Below are positions 32,196-41,991 of a stretch of 64,000 nucleotides of DNA, in pieces. The notes under the pieces were generated by a model. It worked only from the letters and a program-made list of their open reading frames with translations. It did not search any database and was not told the DNA's origin. The DNA is from Naegleria gruberi. Taxonomy: Eukaryota. The position numbers and the translations under genes were made by a program. The first letter of the stretch is position 1; every line of letters begins with the position of its first letter. Where the stretch lies: the NCBI GenBank assembly GCA_000004985.1, contig GG738876.1, one strand, 5' to 3'.

Positions 32196-33590
32196 ATGAC
32201 CAATGCCAGTTCTTCCACAACACGAACAACAAGTGCAAGCTACAGACAGCAAAAATTGAAAAGTAAACAAATAGATAATCAACTGTACGGAAATTTATCA
32301 GCACAACTTGTCTCCACCAACAACAATCAGCTCCAACTTGAACAATTACAAAAAACAACGAGACCTCTTCGAATATTATTGATGGGACCAAGAAATTGCG
32401 GAATTAAAACCTTTCTAATGAATGCTCTTGATATGGAAGCTGATGATTTCATGATTCGAACCATGTTATCAATGTCTCATAGAGTGAATCAAATTTCGAA
32501 TAGTAATCTTGCTGGACTTGATGATACAGAACTTACACGTCCATTGACTTTTCAACAAAAGGCAGAGGGTCTCTTTTCAGAGAAGAATAGAAATCTGACG
32601 CTCAATGTGTACATGTATATTTGTAGAGGAATCAAAGTTTTTGTAAAATGGGAATGGAAATATTTTGAAAGATTGAAGAGGAAAATTCATGAAAATTATG
32701 AACATCATCATTATCATGAGGAACATTTTGATTTGGTTTATAATTGGGAAGGTGACGAAGATGGTAAATTATTGGATGAGTTGATAAATGATTGTCGAGA
32801 GCAGAAACAATTGAATTCCAAAATTATTTCAATTTATTCCAAAATTGTGAATTATGGAAAAAAGGAAGTAATGAACGAATTTTACAATTCATTATTAAGA
32901 TCGACAAATATTAGATATTTGGATAATATTCAATAGTATGTTTGTCATAAGTTCAAATTTCATTCAAAAAATTTCAGTTTTTTCACACTTGATGCTTTCA
33001 ATAGAATTACTTCCAATGATTACAAGCCACTCAACCAAGATTTGCTCAAATCTCATCATCCAGACGATAAGGGAATTATTTCAATTCGGAGGGATGAGTT
33101 TGAATTTATTGACATTACAGGTCAATTGAATGAAAGAAGAAAGTGGATTCATCAATTTTCCAACTCTATTGATGTTATAATGTTCTTCATTCCAATTTCA
33201 GATTACAATCTAATCAATCCACTGACTGGAATGAATAGACTTGATGAGGCTTTTCATTTATACAATGAAATTCAAACAACGAAACTTTTTGAGAGAGCTG
33301 ACATTTCAATCATGTTAACAAAAATGGATTTGTTTAAAAAGAAACTAGTTTTGGATCCAATTTCGAATTATTTTGAAAAGTTTCAAGCGTCGAATGGAAA
33401 TTTAAAAGAAACTATGGAAGTGATGAGAGGAATATTTAGTCAAAATTTTGGGGAAGATTCGAATTATAGGAGACTGTTTGTGCATCAGGTTGATTTGACT
33501 GATGTGAATGATTTTAAAGTGGTTTATAGAGGAATTTCCAGTTCTCTTCGATTGGGAACTTTCATTTCAATTTTTGCTAGAAGGAGATGA
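32196..33590 (+). CDS. Divergent G-protein alpha-subunit-like protein with degenerate P-loop; 2 exons
   Basis: Exon 1 32196..32935 and exon 2 32978..33590, joined by a 42-nt intron (GTATGT...TTTCAG). The splice yields ...YFFTLDAFNRITSNDYKPLNQDLL...ISIRRDEFEFIDITGQLNERRKWIHQF, colinear with G-alpha YFL.DLDRI..P.Y.PT.QD.L..R..T.GI.E..F...DVGGQRSERKKWIHCF. NKXD is TKMD and the P-loop is GPRNCGIKT instead of GAGESGKST. Confidence 0.75.
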
Positions 33591-33613
33591 AACCTTTCGA
33601 ATAATTTACAATT

Positions 33614-35056
33614 TTATTGAGAATTTTGATGTTTCATAACCAAACCATGAATCTTTTTAACTCTCATTTCCTTGAGGAATTCCATCGAAAGTTTGAACCT
33701 GTAATGAGAATCCAACATTACAATTTCAATTTCCTTCTCCAAGAAATCAAACAAATCGTCTGGAAGCGACGAAATTTGACGATTCTTATACAATTCAATT
33801 TGAAACAAAACATCATGTGTGGACTTCTTATCAATATTTACAGATTTAGGGCCATTAACATTCAGGAATTCTTCATATATTTCCTGAGCTAATTGGAATT
33901 TCTTTGCTTCAACAACTTCTAATTCAGTTTCGAGTTCTTGAGTAGTTGAAAGATTTTTCTTTCTCTTGGTTGTTGGTTGACCAACACTGAGAGAAGTATT
34001 GGATTTGGAAGACTGATCAACAACAGAGATGGTGGAAGGAGTTGCGTTATTGGAAACTTCAGATAATTCGAAAGAAACGCTACCTAAACTATTAGAACTT
34101 TCAGTTTCTTCACTCAATGTTTGAACCAATTCAATTTGATATTCACACAATCGCTTGTACTGCTGAACTTTTTCAAGGAATTCAAAGTTTTCAGAGTTAA
34201 ATTCCTTCTTACAATGATTCTTAAAGAGATTTCTCAATCTGTCATTATTCATGGTGTGTGAAATGTCAACTGCTAGTGCTTCTCTTAATTTTTGAACATT
34301 GTTGGAGTCTGATCTAATAGCCAACCCAAAAACAAAGATAATGACTGGAACTGTAACTACAACTGCCAAGCAAATAATTGATAATGAAGTTATGGACATA
34401 GCATTAGTGATTTTTGACACTTGTTCTTGAGAAGCAAGTACATAATCAAGTACAACATCTTGTGCAGTTCTAAAAGTGTTTCTTCTTGCGATATAAGTGG
34501 CGGAAGTAAGCAATCGAACAGCTTCCGTAAAGTTTCCATCTCTAATATTCGAAACAGCTTGAGAATCAGTATCAGTCAAATAATTAACAATTCCCTGCAA
34601 ATTATTTCTATACTGCTGCGAAATACTCTGAGGTATCTTTTGAAGCATATTTTCAGTCAACTCATCATTCACTTTCGAATAATTATTATAATAAGCCAAA
34701 TATCCCTCATTTCCCGAATAGGCAGCCACCAACGTATAAGCTTGAATATAGGCAGTATACGTAGATACCTTCGCTCTAGTAGCCAACAAATCAATATCCT
34801 CATTCATCTGACTATTTTCACTATAAATCAGCAAACCAAGGAGAATGAGGAAAGTAATGGTATTGAGGACCATGGCAACCATTGCAAAGATTTTAATGAA
34901 ATTCAATTCGAGTTTGAAGAAACAGCAGTGGACTGTGAAGGTTTTTGGCTGTTTTTGATGTTTACGAAAGGAATCGTCGAGAGAGGATTGCTGGCGTTTG
35001 AGAGGAGGTGAAGATTCAATGCTTGTTTCGATTGGTTTCTTTGTTTCGTTTTCCAT
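33614..35056 (-). CDS. RGS-domain protein with two TM helices flanking a roughly 150-aa ectodomain (sensor-like topology)
   Basis: RGS motifs FKNHCKKEFNSENFEFLEKVQQYK, AQEIYEEFLNVNGPKSVNID and FDFLEKEIEIVMLDSHYRFKLS, with an S/T-rich insert. N-terminal TM FIKIFAMVAMVLNTITFLILLGLLIY and second TM ITSLSIICLAVVVTVPVIIFVFGLAI lie upstream of the RGS domain. Confidence 0.8.
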   Translation of the reverse strand: MENETKKPIETSIESSPPLKRQQSSLDDSFRKHQKQPKTFTVHCCFFKLELNFIKIFAMVAMVLNTITFLILLGLLIYSENSQMNEDIDLLATRAKVSTYTAYIQAYTLVAAYSGNEGYLAYYNNYSKVNDELTENMLQKIPQSISQQYRNNLQGIVNYLTDTDSQAVSNIRDGNFTEAVRLLTSATYIARRNTFRTAQDVVLDYVLASQEQVSKITNAMSITSLSIICLAVVVTVPVIIFVFGLAIRSDSNNVQKLREALAVDISHTMNNDRLRNLFKNHCKKEFNSENFEFLEKVQQYKRLCEYQIELVQTLSEETESSNSLGSVSFELSEVSNNATPSTISVVDQSSKSNTSLSVGQPTTKRKKNLSTTQELETELEVVEAKKFQLAQEIYEEFLNVNGPKSVNIDKKSTHDVLFQIELYKNRQISSLPDDLFDFLEKEIEIVMLDSHYRFKLSMEFLKEMRVKKIHGLVMKHQNSQ

Positions 35057-35980
35057 TGTGTAAGGTGAGAAGAGATGAATTTGGAGAGAAGTAATGCAAA
35101 TGTGTTGCTTAATTTGTTATTGTTGTTGTGGAGGAGGAGTGAATTTGTTTTTTTCAATGTGGAAATTAATTTTTTAACTTTTTAACATGGAGGTATTAAT
35201 AATATGGTGAGAATGAGGATGAGGATTGTAATTTTGGATTTTATATAATCCGAGGGTCTTTCAACTTACATTCTGGTAATACTTCTCGATATCCTGATAA
35301 AAATCAAAAGATTTAAAAAGTTGACCCCGAGTATCTCTCACACGTATGGAGTCAACTAAGGACTTTCCCAAAATGGATATCAATAACGATGAAAAATTAT
35401 TATACATTCCACATTTGAAAATTGTTGAATTTTATCAGTCTGTTCATTCAGCACGTTTCTTTTATTGTGAAATCCGTTTGTTGACTTTTGGCAGCCAGTT
35501 CTGTAACCAGTATACTTGAGGAGCAGATCATGCACACATAACCATCAAGAATGCAATCTTCGTAGCCGGTGATTATATCCTCAATATTAATAAATGTCAA
35601 GTGCCAATCACAATTTCCAATTCAAGAAAATTACGACAACTAACTTATTTCAAGTATAGAACATGAACATATGGACAGTAAAGTATTGGAGGTAGAATAC
35701 CATACTGTTTAATTTGTACAGCTTTTCATATTAGGACACCTAATTGCTTTTAGTGTAAAACCACATACAATTTCATATCCATAAGTTTCCAACACTTTCA
35801 ACTGTAAATCTTTCAAAAACACATTTGTAAACTGTTTTTTTTACCATCATTCTCCTCTGTTGATTAGTCAAAATCAACTTCACCACATTCACCAATTTCA
35901 TGACAAGTTCCAATCATCACCAACACTCATTGTAATGATGATGAACTATTCTAAAATTTTACAATAATTCAAAAAAAAAA

Positions 35981-36970
35981 ATGCAAAATCATACTTCACA
36001 AGTACAGGGTGATTCTTTCTCATTGCCACCTTCTTCATCACCACCACCACCACCACAAGAAGTCTCTACACAACAGCAAACATCGTACTATTCATGGAGT
36101 CCAACTAGTCTTTCAGAAGCTGCCAAACAACAGCAAACAGAGTATTACAGTGGAGGTTCTCCAAGCTATTCACCAACTTCACCGAGCTATTCACCAACTA
36201 CACCCGTCTATGCTCCAACTTCACCAGCATATTCACCAACTTATACTCCAACCTCTCCTTGTTATTCTTATACCTCTCCATATTATAGTACGATTTTTTA
36301 TCTTCCGAGAGAGACAGTGCTGAGTTTTGATTTGGATCAAAGTGTATTGGAAAGGATTGAGAAGGAAACAAGAAATTGGGGAGTGTTGAGGTGGAGAAAT
36401 CCAGAGTTGGGTGAAAGATTTTGGGGACATGTTTATATGAGTGTTGATTCAAAGATTGTGGAAATTATTAGAGAACATTATGGACCGAAGGGATTAATTA
36501 CTAAAGTTAGGGAATTGTTGGGAGAGGTAGGAGAATCGCACTCTACGGTTGAGTATAATGCATTCTTGTTGCCAACACATTTTACTGTAATTGGGAGTAA
36601 GGAGTGGCAACAGGCATTCTTGGGATTGGAGAAGGAGGTTGAGTATTTTACAGTTAAAAATCCTGCAGAAAATGTATTCGAAAGTTCAATTGAGTTTGTG
36701 AATAGTCCATATAAGAGTTATTCAAAATTGTTTAAGGAAGAGAAAATTCAGGAATTGTGCAATTTTACCTATTTTACAAGATCTGGATTTGCAAATTCAC
36801 TTCCCAACGAAATTGTATCCCACATTAAACAATTTCTAATCATTGATCTGAAAGAAAGTGGACGAAAGGTTAAATTCTCAATCACTGGCCAAATTAGTTT
36901 AGTTCCAAGACAGTTTGGAGAAAAGCTTGGTTTCATTCTCCATGTCGATTGTCCAGAAATGAATAATTGA
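35981..36970 (+). CDS. Hypothetical protein with RNA-Pol-II-CTD-like YSPTSPS heptad repeats followed by an unknown globular domain
   Basis: The segment [44 protein letters not shown] (about 36140-36290) is followed by a well-conserved-looking, non-repetitive roughly 220-aa region. Confidence 0.55.
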   Translation: MQNHTSQVQGDSFSLPPSSSPPPPPQEVSTQQQTSYYSWSPTSLSEAAKQQQTEYYSGGSPSYSPTSPSYSPTTPVYAPTSPAYSPTYTPTSPCYSYTSPYYSTIFYLPRETVLSFDLDQSVLERIEKETRNWGVLRWRNPELGERFWGHVYMSVDSKIVEIIREHYGPKGLITKVRELLGEVGESHSTVEYNAFLLPTHFTVIGSKEWQQAFLGLEKEVEYFTVKNPAENVFESSIEFVNSPYKSYSKLFKEEKIQELCNFTYFTRSGFANSLPNEIVSHIKQFLIIDLKESGRKVKFSITGQISLVPRQFGEKLGFILHVDCPEMNN

Positions 36971-37238
36971 GAGAGAATACGGATTCCAAAGTATGGACTA
37001 TTCCATTCCTTTAGGACTTGATTGGCGTGATTACAAGTATCCTCAATTACCAAAAAAGGTAGTTATTAAGAATTTTTCAAAGAAGAGAACTCGTGACACA
37101 TTTGAAGAATGCAATATTAAATAAAATCTAAAAGCTTTTTAATAATCCATTTTGGTGGAAAACAAAGCAGTATTATTGGAAACTATTTAGAATATTGATG
37201 ATAAATAACACTTGAATAGCAATTTGTAATATTTGAGT

Positions 37239-38048
37239 TTATTCGAAATTTAGATCATCATAACATTCCACAAATTCATCAGAATACCAAAGTGCTCTGA
37301 GAAGAATCTTTCTTGGAAGATTCATCATTTCAGCTTCTTTCAACATTTCCTCAACAATTTGATTCAATTCCAATAGAAATTCTCCCATTCTGTCATAGAG
37401 TGAAGAATTGACTGATAACTCCTCAAGATGATTGGATGCTCTGTTCCAAGCAACTACAGCCTTGTTGAATAATTCATCTTCTTCTCCTACTAAACTGGAA
37501 TAGGTCTGAATAACTTCACTATATTTGTCAAGAACTGATCTTTTGGCCAACTTGAAACTTCCTTTTCTGTTGATGGAATCAATTAATTGGACCAGTTTAG
37601 TTCTGTTTTGTTGAGAATGTTCTGCTGGAGAGTTCAAAACACATTCACAATAATCAATCATAAGTTGGTCAACTGGAAATTCTGGAAGTGGATGCTCTAC
37701 AAAATTGTTGATTTGTTTGTAAACTTGATTTTGTAAAGTGATGAGGGAATAATCTTTTGGAAATAGCTCTTCACTCAAGTCATTTAACATGATGAAATTC
37801 TTTCTCTTCTTTCTACTACTTTCGAATGGTTTAAAAGAAACCTTTGCATTTGGAAAGAGTAATCTAAATGCAAAAGAAATGCTTCCACACACGAAAGGAT
37901 GAGATTCAGGAGAGTGAATCAAATTAATCTGATTAATCTTGGATGGAATCTCCTGCAATGCATATTTAGCAATGTGAAATAATTTGAAACAACTTTCAGA
38001 AATGGTCAACTCTTCACAATTTGGAAACATTTTAGCAATTTGCTTCAT
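37239..38048 (-). CDS. Hypothetical protein (269 aa), possibly the C-terminal part of the upstream F-box/LRR gene
   Basis: ORF starts within ATGA, which overlaps the stop of ORF 38045..38905; the frame is +1 relative to that ORF. Confidence 0.4.
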   Translation of the reverse strand: MKQIAKMFPNCEELTISESCFKLFHIAKYALQEIPSKINQINLIHSPESHPFVCGSISFAFRLLFPNAKVSFKPFESSRKKRKNFIMLNDLSEELFPKDYSLITLQNQVYKQINNFVEHPLPEFPVDQLMIDYCECVLNSPAEHSQQNRTKLVQLIDSINRKGSFKLAKRSVLDKYSEVIQTYSSLVGEEDELFNKAVVAWNRASNHLEELSVNSSLYDRMGEFLLELNQIVEEMLKEAEMMNLPRKILLRALWYSDEFVECYDDLNFE

Positions 38049-38905
38049 TCTAACCCCTTGTCCTTGAAATCAAAATCAAAGTCACCAACTGACAATTTCT
38101 TGACACTTGGCAGTATCTTGTCAACTGAACCAAGGTAATCAACTTTCAAGGTACATGGATTGGAATGTACATGTTCAATAGATGGTACACTGATACTTTC
38201 CATATTTTTGGCACAAGGTGGTACTTTGAAATTTTGTTTTTGGTTGAGGAATTTGACATTTCTGAGATTTCCAATACTTGCTTGAACTAATTTACAATCT
38301 TCTTCAGAAATTGGAGAGTTAAAGACGAGTTTTCTATATTGGGATGATTTCATATCCAAGAATTGAACGATCGAATTGAATGGATTGTGTTCTCTTTGGT
38401 AAACATTCTTAAATGAGATGGATGATAAGGTTGGGGTAATTCTGACAGGTTGTCTCTTTGGCAGTTGACTTGTGTCACATTGGCTATTGCTGAAATGCAA
38501 TTTTCTTAAATTGCAATCATGTGGATTGAGAATGGAGAGTAAAATTCTTGGATTAATTTCACATCCTTCAAATTCGAGTTCTGTAAAACGATTGATAAGT
38601 GACACATGCTTTTCCTTCAGCTGATCAACACCTGACAGTATCAGCTTGGCATCCATTGCAAATTTCTTCAATCCCAAATAATTTCCAACACATTCAATAT
38701 CTTTAACTGTACAACAAGTCAATTCTTCCCTTTCTCTCAACATTTTCCTAATATAGGATTGTTGAGAAGTAATTCCATCACATGCTCGATGACACAAACC
38801 AACCATTCTTCTCAACATGATCAAAATTGCATCATTTGGAATGAAACTCAATATTTGACATGCAATTTCTGGAACGAATAGAATAGAATAATTAATAGAA
38901 TGCAT
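38045..38905 (-). CDS. F-box / leucine-rich-repeat-like protein
   Basis: N-terminal F-box-like VPEIACQILSFIPNDAILIMLRRM followed by LRR-like L..L..L.. segments. Confidence 0.45.
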   Translation of the reverse strand: MHSINYSILFVPEIACQILSFIPNDAILIMLRRMVGLCHRACDGITSQQSYIRKMLREREELTCCTVKDIECVGNYLGLKKFAMDAKLILSGVDQLKEKHVSLINRFTELEFEGCEINPRILLSILNPHDCNLRKLHFSNSQCDTSQLPKRQPVRITPTLSSISFKNVYQREHNPFNSIVQFLDMKSSQYRKLVFNSPISEEDCKLVQASIGNLRNVKFLNQKQNFKVPPCAKNMESISVPSIEHVHSNPCTLKVDYLGSVDKILPSVKKLSVGDFDFDFKDKGLE

Positions 38906-39483
38906 TCTTTTCTAATATTAATAATATATTAATAAATAGCAGTAGATATATTAATAAAGCAGATCACTGATTGTCTGTTTTTTTTGTGATTTGAAAATCG
39001 AGAAAGTTTGCTTGAGCAAGGTATTTAAAAGGATTTTCATTATTTGTTGTGAATTCAAACGTGATGACGCCAATTTATTTTCGGAAGAGCAAATGTTCAC
39101 GTGAACAAAGCAAAACAAGCAAGAGTGGGAAACGTGTGAATTGGCAATGTTTGAAAAACGAGATGGAAATTAGGAATACATATCAATAGAGCTTTCAAAA
39201 ATATTCATTTCTATCAATATTTGACTTTGAAATGAATCATTGGAAGGTACTGTTGATAGTTTTGTTCAAAAAAGAGCAAATTTCAAAAGAAGAAACTTTT
39301 AAGAACTTGGAACTATTTAATGTTACAAGCAGTGAATTCATTGAAAGTAATCTTAAGATTGCCACACGAGATTGTCACCCTAGATACGCCATTTGGCAAT
39401 AAAAAAGAACAAGGAACATTTCCCATATGAATAAATACCACTTTCGAATAACATTCTTCAACACAACAACAATCAAAAAAAAA

Positions 39484-40068
39484 ATGTACAATCCAATCAT
39501 GCATATCATTCTCAATAAACCAAACACGAATCAAATCTGGACCACCACAAAACTCTACGATCCTCTCTTATTAAAATCCTTGGAATCTTTCAGAGAATTG
39601 ATAATTGCGGAATTTTATAGAGAACAATTTTTACAAGAATCATCATTGAAAGAGTTTGAGATTCTTGTGGTGAAGGTAAAGATGGAAGATGGCAATTACA
39701 AGACATTGAATGATGAATTGGAATGGGAACAATTTGTTCAACAAATTGTAAAGATGGGTCAAACTTTACAATTTCAAGTAAAATTAAAACCTGCTAGAAA
39801 AGTTTACAAAAAGCAATTGAGGGAAATTGAGCAACGTTTGAAGGAATTGGAACATGAAACTCAACTATTGAAATTGAAAAAGAAGATTATAGAGTTGAGT
39901 AAGATTAAATCTGAAGAGAAACCTCAAGATCCAAGAGATACACTATTGGAAAGTATTAGAAATGGAAAGAAACTCAAGAAAACTCCAACTAGCACCAAAA
40001 TTATAACAAATCCAAGAGATTTGTTGATGAATAGCATCAAGCAGCGTTCCAATAATTCTGAAAATTGA
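39484..40068 (+). CDS. WH2-motif actin-binding protein
   Basis: C-terminal DPRDTLLESIRNGKKLKKT matches the WH2 consensus (LL..I..G..LKKV); a second partial WH2, NPRDLLMNSIKQ, is also present. First ATG in a good context (aaaaaaaaATG) is at 39484; the track start at 39427 is upstream in frame. Confidence 0.55.
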   Translation: MYNPIMHIILNKPNTNQIWTTTKLYDPLLLKSLESFRELIIAEFYREQFLQESSLKEFEILVVKVKMEDGNYKTLNDELEWEQFVQQIVKMGQTLQFQVKLKPARKVYKKQLREIEQRLKELEHETQLLKLKKKIIELSKIKSEEKPQDPRDTLLESIRNGKKLKKTPTSTKIITNPRDLLMNSIKQRSNNSEN

Positions 40069-40235
40069 AATTTCCATTCATTTTCCTCATTGTAAATATG
40101 TAAATATAAATTCTTTATTATTCGAATCATTGATTTGCAGAAATGTTTCACAAGTTGTGGAGTGTGTGCACATTATCTTATTGAGATACCTTTTTGGTCA
40201 GTTTGTGATTATAATCATCTTGTCGAAAGTCATCA

Positions 40236-41946
40236 ATGTTTAAAAAAATGAAAAAACAAGTTTCGTCCACTTTCTTACTGGTTATTTATTGTATTTTCGC
40301 TGCTTGTTTCTTGCTCAGTTCTGCTGAAGGATTAGTTCCATCCACACAACCATACTTTTTATGGCCTAATCCACAAACAGGAGAAGCAACAGTTTATTTT
40401 AAAAACGGAGGTTCGAAACCAGTCGAAACTTTGTGGGTTGGTTATGCTGCTTGGAAAGATGCCCCACAAGTTAAAAGCAAAATTTCCAATTTGATTTCAA
40501 GAGGAATTGTTCCATTCATGTAGGTTTTGATTAACTTATTTTATTGGAAATATTATTGGAAAGTCAATCTTATCATTTTGGAGATAATGGACTCAGAGGA
40601 CAATTCGAATTAGCTCTTGCTTTTGATAGAGAAATTGCTAGTGCTATTGGAAACTCTTTTGCCATTGTAAATTTGGAACCAGAATGGGATGTTGATGTTG
40701 TTTTGAATTTATTCAAATCTTCTCAAGGAACTCAATCATTATTGAATAGAATTCAAACATTTAAGAGTCTGGCTCCAAATTCAGTGGTTGTGAGTACTCC
40801 AGGATTGTGGAAATCAGCTCAGGACTATTCATTCTTTAGCTCTGTAGATTCCAAATTGAATGCTCGTGCCATGTTGATGCATGTTGTGAATTCTGGAGAT
40901 GCATCATGTGCTAAGAAACAAGATGGATCATTGTGGCCATATGGTGTAAAATCTTTGAGTGAGGGAATTTCAATGGTCAAGAGTAAGATTGATGAAAATT
41001 TGAACAAGATGACACAAGCTTGGGGTGGTTCTTTACCATTTGAGTGGATTTTGAGTGATGTTGGTGTTACTAGTTGTGGATGGGGAGCTGATGGACAAGC
41101 TGCTATTGTTAATGAATTGATTAAGGTGAGTAATTTTTTATATAACAATGAATATTCGAATTATTGAAATATTGTGGAATTATTTATAATATCAGAATTT
41201 GGATTGTTTATATGCTAGTGGATTCCGTGGATTTAATTTGAGAAATTCAGGTCCATCTGATTTATGGGAAAGAGCTATGGGTATCAACAATGAAGGAATG
41301 TTCACATTCACCACAAGTGCAGCAACCATGAATGTTATTAAAACTGGATTGACCAAGGTTAATGCATTCCTTGTCAATGGCCAAAAACCTTCATGCTCTT
41401 CAAATAATGGTGGATCAAATTCTGGTTCAACTTCCTCATACAAGGTCAATGTCATTAGTGGAAGTAATGATTGGTGGACTCAAATTGAAGTTTTGCCAAC
41501 TTCATCTGTTCAAACAGTTGTCTTGAAATGTGGATCTGCATCAACTTCATTGGAAAGACCAGCTTGGTCCCAAACTCAATTTGTCAAAGGACTTTCCGCA
41601 CAATGCCCAATGGGATCAGATATTCAAGTTATTGTCAACTCAAAATATACCTATCCTATCAAGTATACTGTTGGAGCTAGCTCTGCAAATACTCTCAGCG
41701 ATATGCCACCTCTATTCCAAAATTCTCCAACCAAATANNNNNNNNNNNNNNNNNNNNNNNNNNNNNNNNNNNNNNNNNNNNNNNNNNAGTTTGAAGCAAA
41801 TTAGTGAAAATACTTGGGAAGGTGAAATGCAAAATGGTTTTTGCCCAATTGGTGCCAATGTTCAATTGTTTGTAGTGTTGAGAAATGGACATGTTGAAAG
41901 ATATGATATTATTTATGGTTATGATAATGTTGCCAGATTGTATTAA
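40236..41946 (+). CDS. Secreted protein of unknown family (possible C-terminal beta-sandwich carbohydrate-binding-like domains); at least 3 exons; interrupted by an assembly gap
   Basis: Signal peptide MFKKMKKQVSSTFLLVIYCIFAACFLLSSA. Intron 1 is 40520..40563 (44 nt, GTAGGT...GAAAG) and intron 2 is 41125..41194 (70 nt, GTGAGT...ATATCAG); both restore frame between track ORFs. A 50-N gap at 41738..41787 breaks the last exon. Confidence 0.55.
41738..41787. other. Assembly gap (50 N)
   Basis: Run of exactly 50 n characters; placeholder of unknown true length. Confidence 0.95.
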
Positions 41947-41991
41947 TAAATATCATTAGATTTTTCAATATTCCTTTGATTTGCCAAGTCT

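Noticed and set aside
38045-38048. ATGA stop/start overlap interpreted as prokaryotic translational coupling or operon
   Set aside because: The window is clearly eukaryotic (spliceosomal introns, nuclear-type tRNAs, U-box PRP19, actin, G-alpha). A frameshift or indel is more parsimonious.
41738-41787. N-run as a biological feature
   Set aside because: Exactly 50 N is a conventional scaffold gap placeholder.
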